64,000 nucleotides of DNA from the NCBI GenBank assembly GCA_016742095.1, contig JACVCJ010000003.1, positions 11,250 to 75,249 on the forward strand. Direction: 5' to 3'. This DNA comes from Bacteroidia bacterium. GTDB lineage: Bacteria; Bacteroidota; Bacteroidia; CAIKAF01. A program made the position numbers and the translations under genes. The notes below the pieces were generated by a model. It made no database searches and had not been told where the DNA came from. It saw nothing but the letters and a program-made list of their open reading frames with translations. Positions 48,310 through 58,329 of the stretch are shown piece by piece (within the stretch, counting starts at the first letter, position 1; each line of letters starts with the position of its first letter).

Positions 48310-49668
48310 TCAGGATTCTTCTGCCTTAAAACGTATATACTTCTCCATGGCTTTTCGCCCCGATATCAGCGCAGTTTCCTGGGTTTCGAGTCCCTGGGTC
48401 CAGCCCCCGCCGATGCAGAGGTCTTTACGCGGTTCCAGCAGCTGCTCCATCCGTTTCAGGTTCTCGCTGAACGCAGGCGTAATAAGGGGGTGACTGAATA
48501 CAGTTTCGTGCAGGAAACGGCCGCGGTCTTTCACCTGCGTACACAGTTCTTCGCTCAGCCAGCTTTTATAAATTCCCTCGTAACGTTCATCGATCATACC
48601 CAGGTTCATGGTATTGGACCGCATGCGGTTATCGGCCGTGGTAAATACGTTCAGGAAGGCCGGATGCCGTGTGTTCACAAAGGAAGAATCGCTGTGCAGC
48701 ACAATACGTGCCCGGAAGTATTCAAAGCCTTTCAGCACCGTGTTCAGTTCCGCCGAAGCTACATCTTCCTGTAGAATGCGGGCGGCCTGGTACGCGTGCA
48801 CGGCCAGGACCACAAAATCGAACGCTTCTTCCTGTTCTCCCCGGCCATTCTCATAGCGGACGATGTAATTACCCCCGCGCAGGAAAACCGACTGTACCGG
48901 CGAAGACGTACAGATACGTACGCCCTTTTTCCGCAGTTCGGCACCGGCATGTTCCAGGGCACTGCCCATACCTCGGTGCAATACTTTAAAAGTGCTGCGC
49001 ATGGAAGGACGACGAAAGGCAAACAGTTTCACGATCTCTACCGTAGAGGTCTTGCGTATATCGTCCGTAGTGGTACCGAGCGAGGCGGCCAGGAAGGGAA
49101 TGATCACCTCTTCCTTGAAATGCGGCGGCAACAGCAGGGAGTGCACCCAGTCGCCGATGTTTTTAGCATAGGCATCACCCGGTTCACGGTACACTTTGTA
49201 TGCCATGCTGAAGAACTTTTTAAACCAGAGCAGTTTGCCCAGGTTCTCGCCCCGGAAAGAACCGTAAAGCGGTGTAATAAGCCGGGGACGCAAAGAACCC
49301 TGACTTTGTATACTGATGGAACCTTTGAATTCCGAAATTTCGTCGGTATTGTAAAAATTATATGCTTTCAGGAAACGGATGTATTCATCCCAGGGGCCTT
49401 CCGTAAAGTACTGGGGCCCGGCATCCACCGCCACCGCCTGTCCCTTGCGGTTATTTACCAACACCGTGCGGGCATTGCCGCCCAGTTGTGCTTCTTTCTC
49501 AAAAAGGCTGATCTGTGCACCCGGATCAGAGGCCTGGATATAATGTGCTGCGGCCACTCCGGCCATACCTCCGCCTACCACGGCTACCCGCAGGCGGGGT
49601 TTTTCTGCGTGCAATGCAGAACAAAACAGGAAAAACAGGATGTGAAGCAATACATAGTGTTGTTTCAT
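48310..49668 (-). CDS. FAD-dependent oxidoreductase (amine oxidase-like)
   Basis: VAVVGGGMAGVAAA, FEKEAQLGGNA, VDAG, C-terminal GGW..GLETQETALISG; signal-peptide-like N-terminus. Confidence 0.85.
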   Translation of the reverse strand: MKQHYVLLHILFFLFCSALHAEKPRLRVAVVGGGMAGVAAAHYIQASDPGAQISLFEKEAQLGGNARTVLVNNRKGQAVAVDAGPQYFTEGPWDEYIRFLKAYNFYNTDEISEFKGSISIQSQGSLRPRLITPLYGSFRGENLGKLLWFKKFFSMAYKVYREPGDAYAKNIGDWVHSLLLPPHFKEEVIIPFLAASLGTTTDDIRKTSTVEIVKLFAFRRPSMRSTFKVLHRGMGSALEHAGAELRKKGVRICTSSPVQSVFLRGGNYIVRYENGRGEQEEAFDFVVLAVHAYQAARILQEDVASAELNTVLKGFEYFRARIVLHSDSSFVNTRHPAFLNVFTTADNRMRSNTMNLGMIDERYEGIYKSWLSEELCTQVKDRGRFLHETVFSHPLITPAFSENLKRMEQLLEPRKDLCIGGGWTQGLETQETALISGRKAMEKYIRFKAEES

Positions 49669-50294
49669 GTACGGTATATTTTATGGTGTCATTAATTATA
49701 GAACGCTTCCGGCGGTTAACCCGGAAGCAGAGAGAAAAGCAATAAGGAAGTAAAAGGGATGACGGACTCAGCAACGCCGGGGTACCGGCAGGCACCGGAC
49801 GGACGGGTCTATATACGAAATAAGATGTCTTTGCAGGAAATAGCTGGAAATACCCGCCGGAAAAGCCGGGTTTACGCTGCTGTAACGTGTGATCAGGTTC
49901 ATTTCAAGGTGTTTGTTCAGCCGTAAATATATAAAAGCGGACAAACTGTGGAACTTTTTTTTCAGATATCCCTGAAAAGTACAACAGAATTTATTTTACC
50001 GTAGGGAAGAAATGCTCTTCCCGGTCCGCACAGGGTATCGTCCCCGAACAGCCGGTCCGTTACATCCTCCCGGCGTATTTTCTGAAGACAAAATGGAATA
50101 TCGGCTCCAAACTGCAATACATGGCCGGGAAGAACAGAAATTTACGTATAGTCTTCATGAGCTGCAGATACTATACAATAGTATACAGGTCATTTATTGA
50201 TCTATCAAATAGATCTGTTTCATTAAAAAACCTTCAATAATGAACGGTACAAAAGAGGGATGCCTGAAAAAATAAAAAATGCTATATTTAAATC

Positions 50295-51008
50295 ATGCAA
50301 CACATAAAACTCCCTTTACTACTGCTCCTGTTACTTCTGTCGGGTGCCTGCGGCCGCGGGCCTGAGCACCGGGTCATCCTTGAGCAACCCGGCATGATGC
50401 AGATCGAACTGCCTGCAAAATACACTCCCGACATCCTGGAAGAGATCGCCCGTGATCATTATTCCGATGCACAGGCTGACGGTTATCTTAAGGTCGATTT
50501 TCACGTCCCTTCTGTATACCCGGATCACCCGGAACTGCCCTGGGCCTCTGTAGATTTCAGGCCCCCCTTCGAACCCGGTATGGATCCGGAAGTATACCTG
50601 ATTGTATACGGCTCTCTTTCTGAAAAACACCGCCGCAACCTGGAAGGTATACAACCCAATTACGGTAAGGTACTGGGAAAATGGTACCAGAATCATCCCA
50701 TGCAGGAAGCGCTCTATATACTGTACGCAGGACCGGTCATCGATACGGTCATGTCTGTGTACCGGGCCGGCGATCTTCGGGTAGATCTGAACAGGAAAGA
50801 AGACTATGTATACAGCGATAGTCTGCATGTGCCTCGCCCCCGGGATCCCAGACCCGATGAGAACCGTACTGACTTCCGGATGAGAAGCAACGGCAAACCC
50901 GGACTCTACATCAGCAGGGACGGACTTATGCAATTCAGTACCGATACCGACAATGTGTTGTACAACAAGGGAGACAGTACTTTTAAAGCGACTCCTCTGC
51001 CCTTTTAG
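50295..51008 (+). CDS. Hypothetical lipoprotein
   Basis: Leu-rich signal peptide with lipobox SGAC; no motif recognised. Confidence 0.65.
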   Translation: MQHIKLPLLLLLLLLSGACGRGPEHRVILEQPGMMQIELPAKYTPDILEEIARDHYSDAQADGYLKVDFHVPSVYPDHPELPWASVDFRPPFEPGMDPEVYLIVYGSLSEKHRRNLEGIQPNYGKVLGKWYQNHPMQEALYILYAGPVIDTVMSVYRAGDLRVDLNRKEDYVYSDSLHVPRPRDPRPDENRTDFRMRSNGKPGLYISRDGLMQFSTDTDNVLYNKGDSTFKATPLPF

Positions 51009-51043
51009 TATAATAAACAAGCTGTTTCCTGCAGGATATATTT

Positions 51044-51499
51044 TCAATCGTAACAATTAAAAATAACCTCTCCGTAGGTCTCCGAACTCCAGTATAATGC
51101 CTGTTCGCGTTCTTCCGGCCCTAATACGCTCCATTCTCCCGGTGGTACTTTCGTATTCAGCTCTGCCGGACTCAATACCCGGATACCGTTCAATTCCAGC
51201 AGACGACCGATCTCTTCCGGCATTTCTTTAAACACGGGGATCATCTGTCCATCGGTATCTTCCGCGGCGGCGGACAGCGGCAAATGCTCATGAACGAGCA
51301 CGTCGCTGATCTCATTGCGTATAGCGTTCACAAAGCGCACCCGGAAGTAATTATTTGCCGGACCGGGCTCTTCAACAGCTCCCACCCGGGTATACGGATA
51401 CGCGGGATGCTGAAAAAAGCCGGCGATCTCTTTCTTTGTATAGTATATGGTATCACGCGGCACATTAAAACCTGTTATCCCGCGTTTCAGAAGAGACAT
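51044..51499 (-). CDS. Hypothetical protein
   Basis: GITGF N-terminus and E.EQ..YW...T.GEVIFN.YD C-terminus resemble an uncharacterised family. Confidence 0.65.
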   Translation of the reverse strand: MSLLKRGITGFNVPRDTIYYTKKEIAGFFQHPAYPYTRVGAVEEPGPANNYFRVRFVNAIRNEISDVLVHEHLPLSAAAEDTDGQMIPVFKEMPEEIGRLLELNGIRVLSPAELNTKVPPGEWSVLGPEEREQALYWSSETYGEVIFNCYD

Positions 51500-51522
51500 T
51501 CCTGCTTAATTTAGTATAGTTA

Positions 51523-53436
51523 TCAGCCTTCTGCTTCGCTCAGCAGTTGCTCCCATTTCTGCACTTCCGTGTCCAGCTGACTTTTTAAAGCGCTATATTT
51601 AGTATATACATCTGCATTTGCTGCATTCTCCGGCTTTGCCAGTTCGGCTTCTATATCCGAAATTTCGGCTTCGAGACGACTGATCTGTTCCTCCGATCTA
51701 CGGATGGCGTTCTGTACCTGTTTCAACTTTTTATTGTCCGCAGGCTGTGTGCGCACTTCCGCAACCGGGGCCGCAGCCGCCGCTTTCGGCTTATCGTCGC
51801 TCTTTTCGATCTCGCGGAAACTCTCTACTTTTTTACGCTCCAGGTATTCGTTGATATCGCCCAGGTAGCTTTTGATACCGTCTTCGGTGAATTCGAACAC
51901 CTTATTGGTAAGACCCTGCAGGAAGTCGCGGTCGTGGCTCACCACCACAAAGCTGCCCTCGAAGTTCATCAGGGCGTTCTTCAGTACTTCTTTAGAGCGG
52001 ATGTCCAGGTGGTTCGTAGGTTCGTCGAGCACCAGGAAATTCAGGGGTTCCGTAAGCATTTTACACATAGCCAGGCGAGCCCGTTCTCCCCCGGAAAGTA
52101 CCTTGATCTTTTTATCCACGTCCTTGCCGGTGAACAGGAATGCGCCCAGCAGGGCCCGTACGCGGGTGAACATATCGCTGTGGGCGGTGGCGTCTTCCAT
52201 TTCCTTCAGCAGGGTATTATCGCCGTTGAGCACTTTGGTCTGGTGCTGGGCAAAATAGCCGAGCAGCACGTTGTAACCCTCGTCCAGCTTGCCTTCGTAC
52301 TTATCCATGTCGCGGGCAATGATACGGGCCAGGGTGGTTTTACCCATACCGTTCTTACCCACGAAAGCGATGCGGTCGCCGCGGTCTATGCTGAAATTAA
52401 AGCTCCTGATCACTTTTTTATCGCCGTAGTCCTTGCGGATGTCCTCGCCCGTAACCACCACCTTACCGGAATGCGGCGCCTTGGGGAAATTGAAACGGAT
52501 GGCGCTGTTGTCCTCGTCTTCCATTTCGATACGGTCGATCTTGTCCAGCTTTTTGATAAGGCTCTGGGCAAAAGCGGCCTTACTGGCCTTGGCGCGGAAG
52601 CGTTCCACGTTGCGCTCGATCTGGGCGATCTGGGTCTGCTGGTTCTTATAGGCACTGGCCAGCTGTTCGCGACGTTCGGCGCGCAGTACCAGGTATTTGG
52701 AATAATTAGCCTTGTAATCCTGGAGTCCGCCGTTCGAAATTTCGAGCGTACGGTTGGTGATCTTGTCCAGGAAGGTACGGTCGTGGCTCACCATCATCAC
52801 GGCGCCTGGGTAGTCTACCAAAAAATCTTCGAGCCAGAGAATGGAGTCGATGTCGAGGTGGTTGGTAGGTTCGTCGAGCATGAGCAGATCGGGCTGCTGC
52901 AACAGGATCTTGGCCAGTTCCACGCGCATCTGCCAGCCACCGCTGAAGGCGGAATAGGGTTTATCGAGGTCGGCCCGGCTGAAACCCAGACCGAACAGTA
53001 CTTTTTCGGTTTTTTCGTCGATCTCGTACCCGCCCAGCATACCGAAACGTTCTTCTTTTTCGTGCAGCTGTTCCAGCAGTTTCATGTAGCCGTCGCTTTC
53101 GTAATCGGTGCGGGTGGCCACATCGTGCTGTATCTGGTCCAGGTCGGAACGCAGCTGCAGCACTTCGGCAAAAGCTTTACGGGTCTCGTTCAGGATGGTT
53201 TCCTTACTGTCTGATCTCAGGTCCTGCGGCAGGTAACCGATGCGGCATTCGCGGGGAACGGAAACGGTACCTTCGTCGGCACGCTGTGCGCCGCCCAGGA
53301 TCTTCATAAGGGTGGATTTTCCCGCGCCGTTACGGCCGGTGAGACCGATCTTGTCGGTACGGTTGATCAGAAATGAAATATCTTCGAATAAATAATTGCC
53401 TGAGAAGCCTACGGCTAAACCTGAAACTGAAATCAT
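51523..53436 (-). CDS. ABC-F family ATPase
   Basis: Two ABC domains (GRNGAGKST, SGGWQMR, DEPTNHLD; GKNGMGKTT, SGGERAR), no TM, C-terminal coiled coil. Confidence 0.95.
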   Translation of the reverse strand: MISVSGLAVGFSGNYLFEDISFLINRTDKIGLTGRNGAGKSTLMKILGGAQRADEGTVSVPRECRIGYLPQDLRSDSKETILNETRKAFAEVLQLRSDLDQIQHDVATRTDYESDGYMKLLEQLHEKEERFGMLGGYEIDEKTEKVLFGLGFSRADLDKPYSAFSGGWQMRVELAKILLQQPDLLMLDEPTNHLDIDSILWLEDFLVDYPGAVMMVSHDRTFLDKITNRTLEISNGGLQDYKANYSKYLVLRAERREQLASAYKNQQTQIAQIERNVERFRAKASKAAFAQSLIKKLDKIDRIEMEDEDNSAIRFNFPKAPHSGKVVVTGEDIRKDYGDKKVIRSFNFSIDRGDRIAFVGKNGMGKTTLARIIARDMDKYEGKLDEGYNVLLGYFAQHQTKVLNGDNTLLKEMEDATAHSDMFTRVRALLGAFLFTGKDVDKKIKVLSGGERARLAMCKMLTEPLNFLVLDEPTNHLDIRSKEVLKNALMNFEGSFVVVSHDRDFLQGLTNKVFEFTEDGIKSYLGDINEYLERKKVESFREIEKSDDKPKAAAAAPVAEVRTQPADNKKLKQVQNAIRRSEEQISRLEAEISDIEAELAKPENAANADVYTKYSALKSQLDTEVQKWEQLLSEAEG

Positions 53437-53561
53437 GCCGCAAAGATAGCGTAAAGAAAGGGACTAAGAAAAAGACGCTCTTGATTTTATAGAAAGGTTA
53501 ACGTATAAAAAAAGGGCCTCCGCAGCGGCGAAGACCCGGTATCATTATGGCCGGGGCCGGA

Positions 53562-54503
53562 TCATGCGTTGTTCTCTTCGAGGATGATGTCGAACTGCAC
53601 CAGGTCTACAAAGTCCTGTAGGCGTTCTTCCACCTCGGCGTCGCTGATCTCGAGCAGGCGGCGGGTACCGAATTTTTCCACGGTAAAGGAAGCCAGGGCC
53701 GAACCGTAGATAATGGCGCGCTTCATGTTCTCGAAGCTGATATTATCCGTTTTGGCCAAGTAGCCGATGAATCCGCCGGCAAAGCTGTCTCCCGCACCGG
53801 TGGGGTCGAACACTTCTTCCAGGGGCAGGGCGGGTGCGTAGAACACTTCGTTCTTATGGAAAAGCAGGGCGCCGTTCTCGCCTTTTTTAATGATGAGGTA
53901 CTTCGGGCCCATGGCCATGATCTTTTTGGCGGCCTTCACCAGGCTGTATTCCTTGCTGAGGATACGGGCCTCTTCGTCGTTGATGGTAAGCACGTCGATG
54001 CGGCCGAGCATATCGATGAGGTCGTCCCAGGCGGTTTCCATCCAGAAGTTCATGGTATCCATCACCACCAGTTTCGGACGGTGCTGCATCTGTTCCAGTA
54101 CGCGTTTCTGCAGTTTGGGCATCAGGTTACCCAGCAGCAGGTAATCGGCATTCTGGTAAGAGGCGGGCACTACGGGGTCGAAGGTGGCCAGTACGTTGAG
54201 CTGTGTGTCGAGGGTATCGCGGGTGTTCATGTCCATATGGTACTTACCGGCCCAGAAGAAGGACTTTTCGCCTTTTTTGATCTGGATCCCTTCGATATCA
54301 ATGCCTTTTGCACGGAATGTATCCAGGAAGGACTGCGGGAAGTCCTCGCCCACCACCGATACGATCTTTGTGTTGTTGCGGAAGTAGGAGGCCGCCAGGG
54401 ACGCGTATGTGGCTGCTCCGCCCACTACCATATCTTCTTTCCCGAAAGGAGTTTCCAGGTTATCGAAGGCCACCGTACCGATGACCAAAAGGCTTTTGCT
54501 CAT
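53562..54503 (-). CDS. PfkB-family carbohydrate/nucleoside kinase
   Basis: GGAATY, DTMNFW, INDEEAR, DPTGAGDSFAGG. Confidence 0.93.
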   Translation of the reverse strand: MSKSLLVIGTVAFDNLETPFGKEDMVVGGAATYASLAASYFRNNTKIVSVVGEDFPQSFLDTFRAKGIDIEGIQIKKGEKSFFWAGKYHMDMNTRDTLDTQLNVLATFDPVVPASYQNADYLLLGNLMPKLQKRVLEQMQHRPKLVVMDTMNFWMETAWDDLIDMLGRIDVLTINDEEARILSKEYSLVKAAKKIMAMGPKYLIIKKGENGALLFHKNEVFYAPALPLEEVFDPTGAGDSFAGGFIGYLAKTDNISFENMKRAIIYGSALASFTVEKFGTRRLLEISDAEVEERLQDFVDLVQFDIILEENNA

Positions 54504-54598
54504 TTTTTCAAAAAATTTTTGCCAAAGATATTGCTTATTTCAAAACGCTTTGTATTTTTGCACTCCGAATTTTTCAAAAAAAGATCCGGGACCTATTT

Positions 54599-54672
54599 TC
54601 CTCCTTAGCTCAGCTGGTTAGAGCACCTGACTGTTAATCAGGGGGTCTCAGGTTCAAGTCCTGAAGGGGGAG
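54599..54672 (+). tRNA. tRNA-Asn (GTT)
   Basis: TCCTCCT/AGGGGGA acceptor stem, D-arm AGCTCAGCTGGTTAGAGC, anticodon loop CTGTTAA, T-loop GTTCAAGTC; CCA not encoded. Confidence 0.96.
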
Positions 54673-54685
54673 CGAAAAGAAATCA

Positions 54686-54714
54686 AAAAGTCGACAGCAG
54701 TGTCGGCTTTTTTT
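54686..54714. terminator. Terminator after tRNA-Asn
   Basis: AAAAAGTCGACA gcag TGTCGGCTTTTTT. Confidence 0.8.
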
Positions 54715-54718
54715 ATTT

Positions 54719-55996
54719 TCAACCGGACTGTTTCTGTTTTCCCTTGCCCAGCTTCGGTAAAAGCTGTTCATACACGACCTTCTCCATAGACGTGTGTTTC
54801 ATGGCCTTCTTCCTGATATGCCCGAAAGATTGCCGCGCGGCCTCGATGTCGCCGAGCAGGTATTCGTAGGCGCTTTTGAAGGCGTACATTTGCGATGATT
54901 GCTGTAATGCCGCGCCCTGCGTTGCATATTTGAGCCTGCGTTCCAGGCTTTCTCTTTCATCCGTATTCCCGTCTACTTTCATGATCGCGGAACAGAAGTA
55001 CAAGGCCTCGTAATCGTCCTTTATTTTTTCAAAGAATTCCGCTTCCAGCCTGTTATAGGCAGCCGTGTCCTTCCTGAAGAACAACTGGTAACTGCGCTCC
55101 GCCTGCAAGGGGGCGTAGTAGTGGAATACCGCGCCCACTGCGTCCCCCTCTTCGTCGAGAACCATATATACATTGTCCCGCCAGAACCGCTTGATCACGG
55201 ACATGGCGGCGAGATATTCCTTTTCGTCAGAATTATCTTCCGCCTTCTGCAAAGCGTCATGCGCAATCTGGCACATGACATAAGCTACGCGCGAACTGTC
55301 AAAGTCTTTATACAAGGGCCCCGGGTCGTTCATGAAGAACTGATACGGCTTAGAGTGAAAATCCAGTATCCTGTCCTGCTCGTATACCGCAAAATCCATG
55401 AAAAAACGTGTAAAGAAGCTATCTGCATACATGCTTTCGGGGAATGCCTCAAAAGCTTTTTTTATCACATGCAGGCTGTCTCTCAGCGTATAGGCCACAT
55501 GCAGATCGCGTACATAACGCTCAAGGAAACGATAATCCGCCGCTTTCCGGGGCAAAAGCTCGGTTTGTGCCTTCAATGTATTTCCAGGTGACAAGGCTGT
55601 TTTCATGTGTTCTATGAAAACGGCCGGCGGAAAGATGCCACAAACCCGATGCACCTCTTCCTTATTTGCATCGATGAAAATAAAGACCGGTTGCGGGCCG
55701 GCTTTGTAATACTCCCTGATTCTTTTGCCGTTTTTAGAAAGGGTATTGATCGAATAGGCATTGAAATGATTATTAATAAATGCGATGACTGCCGTGTCTC
55801 TCATCGTGGTTTTCTCCATTTCCACGCAGCCCGGACAGCCGTTATAATGGAAGAATAAAAGAGACAATGGCTTGCTCCCGGTAATATGCTCCTCCAGCAG
55901 TAATGCTTCATTACCGTATGATATGGAAACTTGCTGTCCCCAGGCAATGGGACCAAGAACACATAAAAGCAGCAGTATTTTACAGTGGGTAAACAT
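54719..55996 (-). CDS. Exported thioredoxin-fold protein with helical C-terminal region
   Basis: Signal peptide (ATG 55996), CPGC active-site motif, PVFIFID..KEEVHR, TPR-like tail. Confidence 0.8.
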   Translation of the reverse strand: MFTHCKILLLLCVLGPIAWGQQVSISYGNEALLLEEHITGSKPLSLLFFHYNGCPGCVEMEKTTMRDTAVIAFINNHFNAYSINTLSKNGKRIREYYKAGPQPVFIFIDANKEEVHRVCGIFPPAVFIEHMKTALSPGNTLKAQTELLPRKAADYRFLERYVRDLHVAYTLRDSLHVIKKAFEAFPESMYADSFFTRFFMDFAVYEQDRILDFHSKPYQFFMNDPGPLYKDFDSSRVAYVMCQIAHDALQKAEDNSDEKEYLAAMSVIKRFWRDNVYMVLDEEGDAVGAVFHYYAPLQAERSYQLFFRKDTAAYNRLEAEFFEKIKDDYEALYFCSAIMKVDGNTDERESLERRLKYATQGAALQQSSQMYAFKSAYEYLLGDIEAARQSFGHIRKKAMKHTSMEKVVYEQLLPKLGKGKQKQSG

Positions 55997-56576
55997 AGAC
56001 GCTATTGGCTTTAATGAGCAATCCGGAACCCGAAGATATGATTTTCTTTTTATCGTCATCAACCTGCGGTTTGCATTCAAGGCACTCTTCATCGGCAACA
56101 CAGGTGATGGTTCCGATATCTTCGTTTGTCGAAGAATTCTCCGCACATTTTGCAGTGGGATCCGTCTTTAATATACAATTACACTTTACAGTAATGTTTC
56201 CGGACCCTGCGGCCAGTTTCACGGGGCTTGCCGGGTTTGCTGCCGGGATAAAATAATACGACGCGGCGGGGTCGAGCGTCACGGTAGTGATCTCGTCCGC
56301 TTCCACGATCTGCACATTGTCGTCGATCACCATGACATTCGTCGGCGCATCTTCCGTGCCGATGGGTTGCAGTTTCCATTTGATCGTGGCGTTGTCTCCC
56401 GACTGCGTCACCTGCATATAGCAGAGCGTTTCAGCATCATGTTTCAACAACACGACCTGCATGTCCGCATCTTTCGCGGCGGGAGCCTTCTCCGCTTTTT
56501 GCGTATCCGCTTTGTCGCATCCGCCGAGGCAAAAAAGCCCGGCCATTCCGAGTATATATACGAAATTCTTTCTCAT
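55980..56576 (-). CDS. Six-cysteine lipoprotein, paralog A
   Basis: Lipobox LGGC; CxC-x9-C-x14-C-x5-C-x2-C then SGS. Confidence 0.72.
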   Translation of the reverse strand: MRKNFVYILGMAGLFCLGGCDKADTQKAEKAPAAKDADMQVVLLKHDAETLCYMQVTQSGDNATIKWKLQPIGTEDAPTNVMVIDDNVQIVEADEITTVTLDPAASYYFIPAANPASPVKLAAGSGNITVKCNCILKTDPTAKCAENSSTNEDIGTITCVADEECLECKPQVDDDKKKIISSGSGLLIKANSVYVYPL

Positions 56577-56583
56577 GGCTTAA

Positions 56584-57147
56584 TTACTTTATGTAGAAAA
56601 TGGCACTTCCTGAAACCAGTTCATCGGGAACGTTTTCGTGCGTTTGCTTACACTTTTTCTTGCATCCTATTTTCTCGCACTTGATGTTTACTTTAACCCC
56701 GTCGACCATTACGCTGACAAAACAGCCTCCCTCTTCACCCTCTATACCCGTCCCTTTGCAGGTACAGACGATCTTTTTTGTGTCTCCCGGTGCAATATAC
56801 ACTGGTGTGCCTGGATCGTCCGGATGTATCATATACGCCGCGTGCAGAAACTTTATCGTCTTCGTGTCTTCCGACGTGCCGGAAACTATCTGGTAATCTT
56901 CCGGGCGCATAAAAGCCACGATCTGATCTTGCGGTTCTTCGGGCGTTTCGATGATTTCATACGCATACGTCGCATTGCCCGTAAAAAGATCTTCAAACGT
57001 AAACCTGTAATACTTGTCCGTTGCCTCGTCGTAAATTTCAGCAACCTGCGCGGCTTCTGCATCTTTTGCCTTCAAGGGCATATTTGCGTCCTTGTTGCAG
57101 GACACGGCCAGCAGCACGAATGCGACCGCATAAAGTATTTTTCTCAT
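56584..57147 (-). CDS. Six-cysteine lipoprotein, paralog B
   Basis: Lipobox AVSC; CxC-x11-C-x14-C-x4-C-x3-C then SGS. Confidence 0.72.
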   Translation of the reverse strand: MRKILYAVAFVLLAVSCNKDANMPLKAKDAEAAQVAEIYDEATDKYYRFTFEDLFTGNATYAYEIIETPEEPQDQIVAFMRPEDYQIVSGTSEDTKTIKFLHAAYMIHPDDPGTPVYIAPGDTKKIVCTCKGTGIEGEEGGCFVSVMVDGVKVNIKCEKIGCKKKCKQTHENVPDELVSGSAIFYIK

Positions 57148-57398
57148 AGTAATAAAGATTAAAGTTAAACATTCGAATTTAAACAATAATTTTAGTAAAA
57201 CTATCAGTTCTGCTATTTTTAATAAAATTTATATGTTTGTTTATACGTACATAAACCCCTGCTTTATTTCCCATCCCTCTCCTTCGGTTACAACACGGCG
57301 ACTTTTGGCTATACCTCTGACCTGATTTAAAGATCGGCAAACTACCGCTTAACTCCGGCGGGAAAGAGGTGCATCTATATTTCGTATATTTATAAAGA

Positions 57399-58265
57399 TC
57401 ATTCGGTTTTTTCCAGGAAACGGCGGATGGCCTGGCTCAGCATTTCCGGTTCTTCTTCCTGCGGAAAATGCCCGGCCGAAGCTATTTTTAAGACCTCTGC
57501 CCCCGGGAAGCCCGAAAGGAACTTCTGCAGGTACTGCGGACCGATCACCGGGTCTTTCATACCCCAGGCAAAAAGTACCGGCCTGGCAGAAAGCGCTGTA
57601 CACCGCTGCCAGAGCGATTCAAACCGGTCCTGGTCCTGAAGCAGGCTGCGCGCAAAAGCCAGGGTGCCTTCCCGCTGGTTCCGGTTCGCAAACGGACGGG
57701 TGTATTGTTTTAAGATACGCGATGTAATTTTCTTTTCGCCAAAGGAAGCCGGTAATACAAAACGGGCCGAAAAATTAAAATAGCGGTACAGGAAGGGCAG
57801 CAGCGGACTGCGCAGCACTTTGCTCATTTTTCGGTACGCTTCTTCCTCGCGGCTGCTCCAGAGCCAGGAATTGAGTATCACCATGCGTTTTATGCGTCCG
57901 GGGTGTTTCAGAGCCACGTCAAACCCGATGGGTCCGCCGAAATCGTGCAGTACCAGCGTAATATCCCGGATGTTCTTGTGCAGGATGAATTTTTCGAGCG
58001 TGGCGCTGTGGTTCTGCACGGAATAATCGTAGTGCCGGGGCTTATCCGACAGTCCGAAACCGATATGGTCGACCGCGATGCAGCGGTACGTACTGCGCAG
58101 GTCGCGCACCAGGTGCCGGAAATCGAAACTCCAGGAAGGCGTGCCGTGCACAAAGAGCAGGGGTTCGCCCGCACCTTCGTCGATGTAATGCATGCGGGCC
58201 GTTCCGGTATCAAAATAGTTTGCGCTGAAAGGATATTCCTTTGTATCGAGCCATTGCGTATTCAT
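57399..58265 (-). CDS. Alpha/beta hydrolase (haloalkane dehalogenase-like)
   Basis: HGTPSWS, GFGLSDKP, HDFGGPIG, GHFPQEE. Confidence 0.9.
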   Translation of the reverse strand: MNTQWLDTKEYPFSANYFDTGTARMHYIDEGAGEPLLFVHGTPSWSFDFRHLVRDLRSTYRCIAVDHIGFGLSDKPRHYDYSVQNHSATLEKFILHKNIRDITLVLHDFGGPIGFDVALKHPGRIKRMVILNSWLWSSREEEAYRKMSKVLRSPLLPFLYRYFNFSARFVLPASFGEKKITSRILKQYTRPFANRNQREGTLAFARSLLQDQDRFESLWQRCTALSARPVLFAWGMKDPVIGPQYLQKFLSGFPGAEVLKIASAGHFPQEEEPEMLSQAIRRFLEKTE

Positions 58266-58329
58266 CTTTTTGGATACAAAGTTCGACCCTTCCCGCGGGA
58301 AAAATCTTGGTATAAACCAACTTAAGCGC

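Noticed and set aside
50012-50220. 62-aa ORF and two short palindromes (ATACTAT..ATAGTAT, GATCTAT..ATAGATC)
   Set aside because: AT-rich short inverted repeats can arise by chance; no supporting context
54599-57350. Integrative element at tRNA-Asn
   Set aside because: No integrase and no duplicated tRNA 3' end seen in the window; kept only as a possible acquired module
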